A DNA stretch of 64,000 nt from the human T2T-CHM13v2.0 reference genome, Homo sapiens. The position numbers and the translations under genes were made by a program. Below are positions 1-14,099 of this stretch, in pieces. Where the stretch lies: the NCBI RefSeq assembly GCF_009914755.1, contig NC_060930.1. One strand, 5' to 3'. Below the pieces are notes generated by a model. The model was not told the DNA's origin. It saw only the letters and a program-made list of their open reading frames with translations, and made no database searches. Position 1 is the first letter of the stretch. Each line of letters begins with the position of its first letter.

Positions 1-464
1 AGAACATATTTTTGGGACTCATTGCAGAAAAATTCGTAGAATGGCAAGGGAAAATTCTAAAGGCGAACAAAATGTTTGAAAATATGTTCGAAAAAGAAAT
101 GTGGTTTATGAAAAAAAATAAATAATTATCTGGAAAAGAGACAGCAATCCCTCTCTTTTAACAAGAAAGAAGTAGTGGAATTTTGCCCCTTTTTGAGTTT
201 TGTTGACTAGGTTTTATTGATTGACTTCAAGTAACATGTCTCAGATTGTAATTGACTTTGTTTATGTATATGCAGGGCAAATTGTAGTACTATTTGAATA
301 AATAACATGGATTTTGTTTTAACCAAAAATTACTCATTAAAGTTATATCTCTCCAAGTGATTCTCAAAATTGCCATGACCCTTTCCTCCACCTTTCATAT
401 TTTTCTATATATTGCTACTTGTGGCCAGTAGGCTGAAACTATGCTTATTTTGAAATCAAATAAC

Positions 465-1371
465 AATAGATGTCTGCATAGTATTCCATGGTGTATATGT
501 GCCACATTTTCTTAATCCAGTCTATCATTGTTGGACATTTGCTTGGTTCCAAGTATTTGCTATTGTGAATAGTGCCACAATAAACATACATGTCCATGTG
601 TCTTTATAACCACATGATTTATAATCCTTTGGGTATATATCCAGTAATGGGATTGCTGGGTCAAATGGTATGTCTAGTTCTAGATCCCTGAGGAATCGCC
701 ACACTGACTTCCACAATGGTTGAACTAGTTTACAGTCCCACCAACAGTGTAAAAGTGTTCCTGTTTCTCCACATCCTCTCCAGCACCTGCTGTTTCCTGA
801 CTTTTTAATGATCGCCATTCTAACTGGTGTGAGATGGTATCTCATTGTGGTTTTGATTTGCATTTCTCTGATGGCCAGTGATGATGAGCATCTTTTCATG
901 TGTCTTTTGACTGCATAAATGTCTTCTTTTGAGAAGTGTCTGTTCATATCCTTTGCCCACTTTTTGATGGGGTTGTTTGTTTTTTTCTTGTAAATTTGTT
1001 TGACACGGATGAAGCTGGAAACCATCATTCTCAGCAAACTATCATAAGGACAAAAAACCAAACACCGCATGTTCTCACTCATAGGTGGGAATCGAACAAT
1101 GAGAACACATGGACACAGGAAGTGGAACATCACACACTGGGGCCTGTTGTGGGGTGGGGGGAGGGGGGAGGGATAGCATTAGGAGGTATACCTAATGTTA
1201 AATGACAAGTTAATGGGTGCAGCACACCAACACGGCACATGTATACATATGTAAGAAACCTGAACGTTGTGCACATGTACCCTAAAACTTAAAGTATAAT
1301 AAAAAAATAAAGTTAAATAAAATAAATAAAATAAAATAAAAATAAAATATAAAAAAATAAAATAGATGTCT
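465..1371 (+). mobile_element. L1PA (approx. L1PA3-5) 5'-truncated, 5'-inverted insertion with poly(A) tail and 11-bp TSD
   Basis: 474-1003 is L1 ORF2 C-terminus on the minus strand (ORF 525..1133: [10 protein letters not shown]...[14 protein letters not shown]). 1002-1360 is the L1 3' end on the plus strand, ending in an A-rich tail. TSD AATAGATGTCT at 465-475 and 1361-1371. Confidence 0.95.
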
Positions 1372-1679
1372 TACTTCAACTAAACCATGTAAAACCCAGT
1401 AAATACTTTGCGTAAACTGACAAGTCTTTAAAAAGAAAGTTTGTTTAAGTATGCCAGGCTGGTGGAAAGAACTTTGATTTCTATCAGAAGGACTAGATTT
1501 TACTTCCAAATCAGTTAAGAATAACATTATATGATCTTACAAATATTCTATCAGTTATCTTTAATCCACAGTAAAGTAAAATACACTTTATGTTTCCCTT
1601 TTATTTTATAATATAAATGATATCATTAACAACCTACTAAAGTTGCTATTTGCACTAACTTAGTAAAGCGCATCATAAT

Positions 1680-1880
1680 GGCAACTAATGAAGATTGAAT
1701 GCTTACAGTAAGTGAGGTACGGTAATAACAGTTTCACATACATAAAAATACATAATACATAGTTCCTTTTTTATCTTTAAGATTTACAACTGAGGATATT
1801 AAGGCTTAAAGTACGTTATTAATTTGCCCAAGGTCATGGAGCTAGTAAATGGCTGAGCCAAATTTCAGTTTAGAGTGTTC
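1680..1880 (-). mobile_element. MIR SINE fragment
   Basis: MIR core-like TTTACAACTGAGG...TTTGCCCAAGGTCATGGAGCTAGTAAATGGCTGAGCC; boundaries approximate. Confidence 0.7.
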
Positions 1881-2629
1881 AATTAAAAAATATGCCCTTA
1901 AATGCTGTAATATGATTATCTTCGCTTTATGCTCTTTTATCTAATCTCCCATGTAATACATTGCACACATTTGCAGGAGAGTTTATATGATTTGAGAGTA
2001 TAATAAGTGGCCACAAAACAGAATGCTTCTCTGTGCGTGGCTAACTGATCTATTCAGAAATAAAAAATGTAACATCCTCTATTCACCTGAGTTTACTGGT
2101 CTTGACTGCAGGAACAGATGGCACGCCAGGGACTATGCAATAGCACATAAACATTCTGGAATGGAGTAAATGAGAACATATGACTAAAAGCAACATTGCC
2201 ACAGCTTTAGAACCAACTCTACGTTTTTCCTTCTCTTTCAGCAATTTATTTGCTAAGTGATTATATTATGCATGATATTTACAGACACATTTGGCATATT
2301 TTGACCATAATCATCATCATGAAAGAATGCATGCTTAGATCAACTGAATTATTAATATATCAAACTATTACTAATATTACCATTACAAATAATATTACAT
2401 TAAGAATTTCATAAACATGGCAAATGTATTTCAACAATATTATTGTGTTTGGTACTTAAAAAGATTTGAAACAGCTCTTGTAATTATGATTAAGTCAATT
2501 ATCCCCCAATTATTTGATAAATTTAATGTTATTACAATCAAGTTCTCAGGGCATTCTTTTTCTTGTAACAATTTGGTATATCAATATTTAGTTTCATCTA
2601 AAGAATAAAGAAGTAGGGGATTTCCCTAC

Positions 2630-3165
<536 letters not shown>

Positions 3166-3686
3166 AATGATGGTTTTCTTATGCCCATATTAGCCACCTG
3201 GCACAGCACATACTGAAACATATTTTATTCTTAAAGGGACAAAATCTCACACAGTACAGTTTTTTTCTTCCAAGAAGGGACTCCAACCAGATCTTCCTGC
3301 TTTCAGTCACTCTCCAGTGCTCTCAGATAGTTATTTTAATTTCGTGTCTAGAGTTTGTGGTTGTTATTTGTCCCAATAGGAGCTATTCCACCATTGCAAA
3401 AACTGAAAATTTTGAAGCAATGTTTTCGGTAGCAAAAAACTGCATATAACCCAGTGTCCACCGGCAGTGGTACGGTTACATAAATTGTGTTATAATCACA
3501 AAAAGGAGTGTTAAGCAACCCTAAAAATGAATGAGTTATAGCTATATCCCACAGCATAAGTGAATGTTATATAATATTTGGTGTTAGACATATTATGCCA
3601 CTTCAGAAACAATATATGATAATCTTTATGACTAAAGAGAACACCGGCTTAATACTACACATTCTAACACTGCCATCGGTCCAAAG

Positions 3687-3914
3687 CAGGGATCAGCAAA
3701 CTCTTTTTGTAAGGAGCTAGATGACAAATATTTTAGACTTTGCAGGCTACAGAGTCTTTGTTGCAACTGCTTACCTTCATCAAAATATGAAATCAACCAT
3801 AGACAATACACCAATAAATGATTGTATTGGGCATGGCTGTGTTCCAATAAATTTTTATCTTCAAAAACAGGCAGGGGGTTGGATTTAGTCCATGATCATA
3901 GTTGCCGATCCTTG
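3687..3914 (-). mobile_element. MER58-like hAT-Charlie MITE
   Basis: Termini CAGGGATCAGCAAAC ... GTTGCCGATCCTTG; internal GGCATGGCTGTGTTCCAATAAA typical of MER58A. Confidence 0.8.
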
Positions 3915-3937
3915 TTCTGGATGATTTCCAAGAGCAC

Positions 3938-4033
3938 CTCTGAGCTACTACAGAAAAGCTTTCTGCAGTTTTTAGATATATTTTAAAAATATACTAAAAT
4001 ATACCACAGAAAAGCTTTTTGTAGTAGTCAGAG
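3938..4033. repeat. ~96-bp imperfect inverted repeat (hairpin)
   Basis: CTCTGAGCTACTACAGAAAAGCTTT... pairs with ...AAAAGCTTTTTGTAGTAGTCAGAG; centre TTTTAAAA at 3981-3988. Confidence 0.8.
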
Positions 4034-4719
4034 ACTCAGTCTGCTTTGATCCTTTGGCACCTCAGAATCAGGGCTTCTCCAAGATCACAATATCATTTTA
4101 AAAAGAGCACTGGAGGCAATTTTATACCAACAATTGTTGCAGTCCAGAATTTATACACACTACTTCTGCTCAGGGTCTGTTTCTCAAAATTGACCCTGTG
4201 TTCCAAACCAAGTATGAGAAAGCTGAGAAAGAGAGGAGAACACTTGTGAACATTAGAATTGTGTAACTTAATGCTGAGGGGAAAAGACGTCCCACATGAT
4301 TATACACAGCGTAAGCAGTATATTATAGTGTAAAATCCAGCAAAAAAATCAATAACATTGGTGTGTATTTAAAGATACGTTATGATAACAAAAGGTCAAA
4401 AACGCAAATAAGTGATCAACTCAAAATTAAGCATGCTAATTTGCTGTAGAAAGCAGTAATAGACTAATATAATGGAAGAGCACACAGGTACAATTAAACT
4501 AGTCGTGTTAATTCTTAGACTAAGCAATGTGTTTAAGAATGTTTATTAGAAAAGAAAATATTTGTGTTATGAGAATTATACAGTCAGAGATTATATATTA
4601 CTTCTCCCACAAAATAAAACTTTAGGACAAGTTATATCTTTATATTACATGCTTACATTGCACATTACCTGTCCTCACTGTAATTTTAGAAGTTTTTATA
4701 TATTTGTTGAATAATCATT

Positions 4720-4845
4720 GTTTCCATTACATGGAAAGCTCTATGAGAAAATGGCTATGTCTGTCTTTTTCTTCTTATCTTTCCAATGCCCATGATGATT
4801 TCTACATCATTATAGGTATTTTTAAAATATTTGAATAAGTGAACT
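4720..4845 (+). mobile_element. L2 3'-end fragment
   Basis: AAAGCTCTATGAG...ATGTCTGTCTT...ATAGGTATT...AAATATTTGAATAAGTGAA resembles the L2 terminus. Confidence 0.55.
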
Positions 4846-7440
4846 TGAAAGCACAGAAAATAAAATGAAAAAATTGCTTAAATATCTCATACTTAAAACA
4901 ACTCAATATAAAATATAGGTTACTTAATTTTAGATTCTTTGCTATTATTTTTTTTTCATTTGTATTACATAGTTATGATCACACATTTTCATTTTGCTTT
5001 TTTTACTTAACATGACAACGTAAGTCATTTCCATATTAATATAATCACTAATGTAATAATTTTATAGGACTTTATTTCTGAATGTTCCATTCAGAAATGT
5101 TTCTACAGTCAGCTTACCGATTTCTCTAGTAAATAGTAGAGATATAGTTTTGTCACTGTTGGGGTTACCATGATTAAAAAATATGAGAATAAACATCTTT
5201 GAGAGTTTTTATGACTGGTTTTTTATCTTAGGTGATATATTCATAATACAAATTCTGGTGAAATTTTAAGATAATTTTACAGATTTTTAATGATTATTGA
5301 AAAGTCAACATTTACCTCTGACTTTATTTAATAAAAATTCAACTGTGATCTGATAACTAGATTAATGGCCTGCTAAATTAACGGATTTAGGTATTTGTTA
5401 TTGTTATTTAGTATTGGATGATATATTTTTTCCAGTAGTGGACACTGTAAATACTATAGAAAAATAAATTGTTAGAACTTAAGTATCTTTAGACAGAAAG
5501 CATGCCAGAGAAGAAAGAATCTTGATTCTTCTGGAGGGTAGTTTCGAAAAGCACAGCAGTTTCAGCTAGCCAAGCAATTCCCTTGAGGACAAATGTAGAG
5601 TATAACGGCAAGAAAGAGTTGTTCCAAGAATTCTTATGGAAGATGAAATTATAAAGATAACTGCAAGCTATATGAATTGCATTTACTGTTCTCCTAATTG
5701 AGAAGGGGCATTCAAAATCCAGGTATTAAGGACTCAGTAATATGTAATATGTGCATCCAGGAGTATCTCCATGAACTCCAAACCTCTCACTTTAGCCTAG
5801 TCCTGCTTATTTCCAGAAAAGATAACCAAATCAATTTTACTTAAATGCTAAATGAATGAAAAAAAACTTAGTGTGTAAGAGTAGCCATAAAATGCTATAA
5901 AATGCTTGACAAAGTGGGTTGCTTTCTTTTTAAAGATGCAAGAATGATGACACAGATTTTGAATGTTGGATAATCATTAGCTATCATTTTTGGAACTGAC
6001 AGAAGAAGAATGGAGAAACAACTTTGCATACTTTTTCTGAGGCATATATGACCATATTGTACTTAAGTGACCAAATATCTTTGGTCCAACTGACTCATGA
6101 TTTTCACTTTCCTATGACATGGATATAAATTTAGAAAAAAATATTCAGAATTGTTTTTTCACCTGAAACTAATTTTTAGATTTTTCAGAGGCCTCTGAAA
6201 AAAAAATACTGTTTTACCTTATGAAAAATGAATGCAAGAAATAATTAGTTATTTGGTAACTCCATATTTATTAATTAGCTCAGCACTATTAGAAGAGCTT
6301 TTTGGGAACAGTGGTCAAACCAGAAGAGAAACTTTGTCCTTTCTATGTTAATTTTGCACATTTAAAATATTACTAATATAAATATTTTAGAGACAGTAAT
6401 GTACATAAAGGCCCTAGAGACTTGTCAATGTGCTTACTTTCCATAATACGTTCTTACCCTCAGAGAAAATGCTGATTAATTTCTTATAAAATGGTGAGAT
6501 ATTGTACCTCAGTAAAGAATATGACTTTCCTCCAGTCTGATATTGTTGGTTACTGTAATAAATTAATCACAACCATTTAGTCTTAAAAAGGGAAAATTAT
6601 ATTAAAATTTTTGAAATAAGATAATATTTATGTTTTTAATTATGAGAGTTAGAATATTTTACTTCACTTCACTATAAAGGGACATGCTAGAACAAAAACT
6701 AAATTTCCTTTTATAGGGACATAAAAACACAAGACACATTTACTGTGGCTTTGTGCTTGTCTATCATTACGGAAAGATAAAGTATGTGTTTAATGAAGAA
6801 ACAGAAGATAACATTCATCTGGCACTTGTTTGTGTTTTCACTAATGTCTATTATTCTCAAAGGCCGTGAAGATATGGTCTAGGCTAGTTTTCAAAAAATA
6901 GGCAGCATATAATCAATTCTTCAGATTAAATCTTACTTCCAAGGTCAACATTTAAAATGGTTACCAATATTGTCCCTCTGGTTAAAGCTATTTTGTGACT
7001 CCTTGGCCTTGTACTCCTGGACTTATTTACCTCAATATTCCACAATTGCTAAGAACCAACCCCCACAAGCCTAGTATGAATTAGGCCCCAGCATGCACAG
7101 TCATTAGTAAGGACTGACTGAAATGGAAGTAGAATGTGAAAGAAGAGATCTTGCTGTCACACACCTCTGTAAAGATCCATATGAATGTCACCCATATGAA
7201 TGACAACCTTCTCTCTCTTTTTAAGGGTATTTATTCAGAATACTCTTTCATGAAATAATGATCTCATAATTTGTATCTTTTACATCCTATACTCAATGGC
7301 TACTATTTAATTGCTATGCACCAAACTCTGGCTATGTGCTTTTTAAACATTATTGCTGAATAAGAAAGGTAGATAGTTCTATTTCCAATAGAAAATTCAC
7401 AAGTTAGTGCTTAGAAAAGTTAAATCCCTTGTCTAAATTA

Positions 7441-7494
7441 AATATATATAATATATATGATAATTATATATAATATATATAATAATTATCATAT

Positions 7495-7543
<49 letters not shown>
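7441..7543. repeat. AT-rich quasi-palindrome followed by (TG)~23 microsatellite
   Basis: Directly visible; TG run about 7497-7543. Confidence 0.95.
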
Positions 7544-7545
<2 letters not shown>

Positions 7546-8429
7546 TTGGTAGCATATCCACTATGCAAACTTAGGTATCTTAGATATTTTTTTAAAATGT
7601 TATTTTCTTTATGACATTTTGCCTTCTAGTAAAATTTTAAGTGTAGAATAATTTTGGAAACATGCCTTGTCACCTTTAATCTTGAACAAACTGTCTTATC
7701 TAGTGCAAATACATTCAAAGGCAGCTTTTTCTTCATTTAAGCATTTGATCAATGTGATGAACATGTTTACAGTGTCTAAATGCTAAAGTATAATATAAAC
7801 TTAATTTATGTCTTTATGAAAAGTGATATTTCTTTTTTCAATTCAGTATCACTAATGAAAGTCCCATTCAGTAGTTAATCATGGTCAAACAGCAAGTTCT
7901 AGAGGCCAGGAATGGAACCCTGTTAGAGATAATTGGTAAATCAACATTAACAAGTGATTGCTTTGCTGTTTGTCAACCCTGTCAAAACACTGAATAGAAT
8001 TTTTTAAAATGTTTTCTGTGTATTATGACCGTTGAAAAGAAAGTTTGTATTTTCTTATGACCACATGAAGGAAAGTTTAAATTTTCTTAATCCCATTTGA
8101 AATCACTTTTAATAAATTATGTGATACCAGTAGTTGAACATAAAAATCTCATTGCAGTGTATTCTAACTAACTCTTTGGAATTCAAACAAGTTTTTTGTA
8201 GTAGATGAAAAATAATATTGGTGTGAGGCATGTTTATTAAAACTTTGCTGATCTTGCAATAAATTTTGTCTTGCGTAGGATGTTTGTCTTCTTAGTGAAG
8301 CATAGAGAAGAGGACAACAGACATAATACAGTGAACACACTTGAAAAAGACCTTGCGATATCAGAAGCATGTGCTATAAATTTATTCTGTCTTTCCCCAA
8401 AGGGATTTGCAGCTATTTACAAGAGCACG

Positions 8430-11400
8430 AACACATGAGGAAATGGAAAAATCCTGATATTTCTTGGACTATTTGGGTTCTACTGTTTTTATCCTAATCT
8501 AACACTTGGGAATCCAGAACACTTTAGTAGACAGATCCAAGTGGTACTTTATTGAAATTGGTAATAAGTGACTAATTAACTAACTCTTTTCATGTGGTCC
8601 AGTGAATCTTTGAACCAAACAAGTTGTCACCTTGATTCCCAAATTAAGACAAGAATAAATATAATCGGAACCTGAGACAGTATCCATAATAACTCTCTGT
8701 TCTCTGGTCTAAAAGATAATATGGATGGAAGAGCCAATAGGAAGATTCTGATCATCATTCTTCCTCTCAAAAAAGTAAAACATTTGTAAAATCTCACGGG
8801 TGAGTGAAATTAGTGCCACTGATAAAAGCAAGAGATATAGCAGTGTTAGTTGCAATCATATCATGATTTCACATGTCTATTGTTCCATGCAGAAGGTTGG
8901 TGGATCTTGGAGAATGAGTAAATTACCATAAATTCAATAAGTTAGTGATTCAAGTTACTGATATTATTTCACATTTTATTCATTATCACATTGTAATCAT
9001 GTGGTGTCTTCTTGGGCATATCAACATAACTCCTAGCAAGTTATATGCAAGTATTAACCTTGAATATGTTTTCTTCCTCTATCCCAAAAGTTATCAAAAT
9101 AATCAGGATCCATTTATTTAGTAAGGGTAGCACTGTATCTTTATTAAGTTGCTTGCATGGATCTGTGTCACTCAAGACATTTTAATCTTCAATCTTCTCA
9201 CCAAGGCTGTACACTACTCTACTACCTTGATAATATCAGGTTCCCAAGATCTGATGAACAGAAAACAACAGGTCTGCCAGGTGGCTGGGAAAACACTATT
9301 TCTAGAGGATAGGAAATAAATAAATAAATATTATGAAAACACAGGAGCAGGATTCCTGAGTGAAACTCTGGAGAATTTAGAAGTCTACAAATATTGGGAT
9401 ATTCCTTTCAAAATGAAAGATAGTTTGCTTCACCTTGCACTCTATAGCACAAAGAATGAAAAATAACACATAGTACATTCTTTTGGATTTTTCCGGGAAA
9501 AATATAATTTATTTGTGTGTGTTGCTCTAATTCATTTACAGAGTAGCCCAAAATGATACCAGTATTGAGAGAAAAATAAAAAAGAAAAGATAGCCAAACT
9601 GATTTGGGCTTTATGCCAGTAGCCTCTCACTGAAACCTTATGACCTAAGGAATCCAATATTGTTCAAAGTGTCTGTGGCATACCTGGATAATATATGGCA
9701 TTTGTGGTAAGCCCACACTCAGAGAATCATAGCAAAGTTTCTATGTTTTTAAAGTAAAGTCAGACCTTCACTGACAAGTAATTATTCTCCTTTAGAGAAA
9801 TAATTATTGGCTTACTCCTGAGTCCTGGTAGAGACTGAATGCCTAATTATAAAACTCGGTAGGCAGGTAACCTGAGCTGCCTATCATGTCTGGATGTTAT
9901 CAGATTGTATGAGCCTGAGAAATCAAGCATGTTCTTCAGCCCTAAATCATGAAGCAAAAATGTGAACAGAATCTGAAAGCACATGTATGTTACTTTAATA
10001 AATAACTAATGCCTCCACTGAATTTACACCTGACATAATTCTACCCCTCCCTCAATACATAACTGCAGAAGGAGGAGCATGCTGTAAACAAGAGCCAAAA
10101 GATTTCCTGAAGACCTTCCATAGTACGCTGGAAATAGGAAAAGAAGAGTTGTAGCGTTTCAGTCCGACTCACGAGTTGAATTATGTAGCATCTAATTCTT
10201 CTGGCAAAAGATAGAACGGCTGGATAAAACAAAGATAAAAATCTACATAAGTAGGGGGTAGACAATTGTTTGGACAGAGAAGAACTTGGAAAAAAACTGG
10301 TATGTTGGGATTGGTTACTAGGATGTTTTAGAAAGAAGTATATAGATGGAACTTTTGAAATGGATTCAGAGTGTGAGGATATTATGCAACATGTAAAATG
10401 TGAATGTTCACTAAAACTACTTGGGACTCTCAATTCTCTAGTGGTTCTCAGTTGGCCTCTCTTCCAAGCTTCCTTACTGCTTGGCCAATGAACTCCACAA
10501 TCTTGCTGGCAGAGTCAGATGCTATGTGGCAACAAATACTTCCCTACTCCACAGCTTACTGGCTTTCGCCTCTGCTCAATATTTAAATTGCCAGAACCAG
10601 TGAAAGAGACCAAATCTAAATGTGTTAATCTCTGATGATCCAGCCAACCACAGATTTTGGATTAAAATATTGGGCCTCTTCCATCATGAAGGGGATAATA
10701 GTTTTTTCCAACTAGACTAGGCATTTACTCTGGATTAGGATTTTTCTTCCATTCCTGCCAGCAACTCCATCTCTGGGCTTACATAATGCTTTATTTATAA
10801 TGTTGCTTCTGACCAAATTACTAATTTTATGTGGACACAACTGAGATAATGGCCTAAAAATCATAGAATTTACTGTCTTACCATGTACCTTATCCCACAG
10901 AATCACGTGGCCTTACGGAGAGTTGAAATTGTCTGAAAACCGAATGGAAGTAAGACCATAGGTAACATCTAATAAATTAGACTGCTATCCAATGTGAAGT
11001 GTGTGTATTCTCTGAATCAGGCCAGAGTGTGTGTTACAACTGTCACTCTCATACCTAATGAAACCTTCACAAGGTGTTTCCATTCTTCCATTTCTGGGTC
11101 CTGCTAGCCTGTATTAGGGCCTTGATGAGAAGTTTTAGAACACAAGGATAAGCTACTCCATCAGAAGACCCTACAATGGTCTCACTGAATTGGAGTCTCA
11201 AATTGCCATTTGTCCATTTCAAGTTCTTCATACTGCAGGTCAAAGATGCAAAATAGAAGGTATCGATCTTGATTATCAAGGAGAAACAGGTTTGCTGGGG
11301 ATACGGTTGTAGTATATTTAGACCCCAAGGTCTTATCTTGGGTGCCTCCTAGTCTGACACATACAGGAGTAAAATTTATTGGAAGACTCCGGAAACCTCA

Positions 11401-11590
11401 GAGACTGCAGAAACATCACACAGGTAGGACCACCAATAAATTCTATTCTTCAGAAATCATAGTTGGATTTACTTCATCATGGAAAAAGCCTCAACTGCCT
11501 GCAGTGTTGGCTGATGAAGGAAAATAAAATATTAAATGATTAATGGAGAATGAAAGCATAAATATCAGAAGTAGCCTTCTGACAACAGCA
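8430..11590 (+). mobile_element. Degraded ERVL-class provirus internal region (pro/pol/integrase remnant)
   Basis: 9780-9845 translates NYSPLEK*LLAYS*VLVETECL, matching the ERVL RNase H-region motif NYSPFEKQLLACYWALVETERL. Many stops and frameshifts; ends approximate. Confidence 0.75.
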
Positions 11591-11599
11591 GAAAAATAA

Positions 11600-12170
11600 T
11601 GTCTTAATTCGGGTTCTCTAGAAAGTATAGCTTAAGGCACAGTTTATATAGTAATGTTTTAGGGATGAGTGTTCAATTCCAGGAAAGCAATAGTGAAAGG
11701 AAAAAAAAAGAAATGACTCAGAAAGAAGGAGAAGCAAAAAAAGAGTAGTGCATTTTATACTTTCCGAGTTTCTTAAAAGAACCCAGTGATTTCTAGGTCA
11801 AGGGAGTTTTTAGAGAAACCATATAAAACCATTACCTCTAGGAATGGTCCGTTATAGGCAGGAAGGGGATGCAATGAATCTACTGGATACTTCACACTCT
11901 CTTTCACTGGTCAAAGTTCAACCAATGGGTAGATAAGAGCCCCTCTCTTCCAGCTTGTGTTAATCAGCCCCTCTTACTAACTTTGGAAAAGTCAGAGATT
12001 TAGTGGTTTTATTTGTAATGAACCTGGGCACTGGGGCCGATAGACTATGTGGGGCCTGGCAAAAGCCCAGACCTTGAACTGAAGGAGGCTGACACTATCT
12101 GTAATGTTAGGAGGTGAAGTGAAGTCCATAATAGACAGGGCTTAGTGACTGTTGGGAGCTATTCTATCCT
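11600..12170 (-). mobile_element. Ancient ERVL LTR (LTR33/LTR16-like)
   Basis: Starts TGTCTTAATTCGGGTTCTCTAGAAAG...AGCTTAAGGCAC, similar to the antisense terminus of LTR33-type LTRs. Confidence 0.45.
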
Positions 12171-12187
12171 AATGTAAGGTAAGTCCT

Positions 12188-12547
12188 TGTATTAAATGGT
12201 TCTCACGCTGCTGATAAAGACATAACCAAGACTGGGAACTTTACAAAGAAAAAGAGGTTTAATGGACTCACAGTTCCACGTGGCTGAAGAGGCCTCACAA
12301 TCATGGAGGGAGGTGAAAGGCACATCTTAGGTGGCAACAGGCAAGAAAGAATGAGATCCAACTGGACGGGGTTTCCCTTATATAACCACCAAATCTCATG
12401 AGACTTATTTACTACCATGAGAACAGAATGGGGGAAACTGCCCCCATGATTCAATTATCTCCCACTGCTTTCTCCCACAACCTGAGGGAATTATGGGAGC
12501 TACAATCCAAGATGAGATTTGGGTGGGGACACAGCCAAACTGTATCA
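12188..12547 (-). mobile_element. THE1 (THE1B/C-like) solo LTR with 5-bp TSD
   Basis: TGTATTA...GGGGACACAGCCAAACTGTATCA, 360 bp; TSD GTCCT at 12183-12187 and 12548-12552. Confidence 0.92.
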
Positions 12548-14099
12548 GTCCTGAAGGCCTAGAGTACAGGTAGGTCCTCAGAATGTACTAGCACATAGAC
12601 TTGATTGTGAACTCATGAGCTGTGGTATCTACTCATATCTGTACCCTTTCAGTGTCACGATCTGATTTAAGTGATTTTAACTTGTTTATATTTGTTCCCT
12701 TTCTCTGTTCCTTTCTTCTTAGATGCAGGGTATGTAGGTAGTGGCTAGTTTTAACAGTTTTTAGTTCATAGTTTAGAGAATATCCAAAAGCAATAACTAG
12801 AGGAGGAATAAAAACAATATGAGAATTTGACCTTGAAGAAGATGGCATTAACTGTTGAAATTTTTGTTAACAACATTTGGAGACAAAGAAAAGCAAAATT
12901 GTACTTGTATAAGTGATATTTGCATTGTTTTAGCTACATGCATATTGTTGTAATTGTTATTGTTTGGAAGTTTGAGGTTGGAAGAAGGAGTCTTTTGAAT
13001 TGGAACAGATGAAGCATTGGCTCATATTTCCCAATATCTTGTGAGCTTTACATATATTAATTTTAAGGATGACATGGTATTTGCATTTATTTTATAAATA
13101 GATATAACAACTTCAGACATTTCAAATTAATTTTTCACTTTGTCAAAACTACAAATACACACATGCATGCACATACACACATACATATATATAGTTAACA
13201 AAAAACTCACTCAAGAATGTCATAAAGTATAGCAAAACTAAGATATGCTGAACAATACAATCAGCTAAACCTTTGTTTACATTGGAATTTAAATTGCATA
13301 TTTTGGAGTATACCCAAACTTGAAAACAGAGAAAATTACAGATTATGCCAAAATAACCACATTTAAAGAAATTTTGGAATTTTTAATAAGTGAATCTCAC
13401 TAAAAGAGAAATATAATTAGAATTTTATGTAAAGAGATCCTAGTTTGTATCCTCTCCAACTTCCTTGATAGAAATCTTGAACTTTATTTTTGCTTAAATA
13501 AAATATTAATTCATAGTATTTTCAACTTTCAGAAAGATTGGAGGTGGCAAACTGTCTTTTAATATGTTAAAAGAGGAAAACTGGTTATTTAAATATGATT
13601 TTTATCTACCAGAAATTTATATTTTTTTCTATCCACAGCCAAATGTCATTTCAAAATCATTCCAATTTCTTGTCAGAAAGCCACTGGACCAACTAGAGCA
13701 CTTCAGCCAAGTGGCAGAAAAATATTGCTCATAACAGGTGCACTGTATTCTCTAACCATCCTGTGATAGGCCAAATCATTTTCTGCAAAGTTAATGCCAT
13801 ATTGGAAAGAGAATAATAGCCACAAGCATAAAAACAAGCAATATCATATAACATTTTCTGATTATAAAAGTAATATATTAATGTAGAAAATTCCCAAAGT
13901 TGAGATAATTTTAACAAGAAAATAATATAGTTTATTATATTATTCACAGCTAATGTATGATACTCTAATAAGGTAAACTTCTGGTTACATGTAAATATAA
14001 ATATGTATGTATACATTTTTGAGATAATAGATAATTTTGAGGATTATATTTGATGTGTATAAATGTATATAAAATTTTTGCATTATAGTGTTTATCCTT

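Noticed and set aside
525-1133. 202-aa ORF, the longest in the window
   Set aside because: Chimera of antisense L1 3' sequence and the inverted ORF2 C-terminus; not a host gene.
2221-2241. Isolated polypyrimidine-AG acceptor-like sites (also ~53660-53682)
   Set aside because: No convincing paired donor or coding frame; such motifs are frequent in T-rich DNA.
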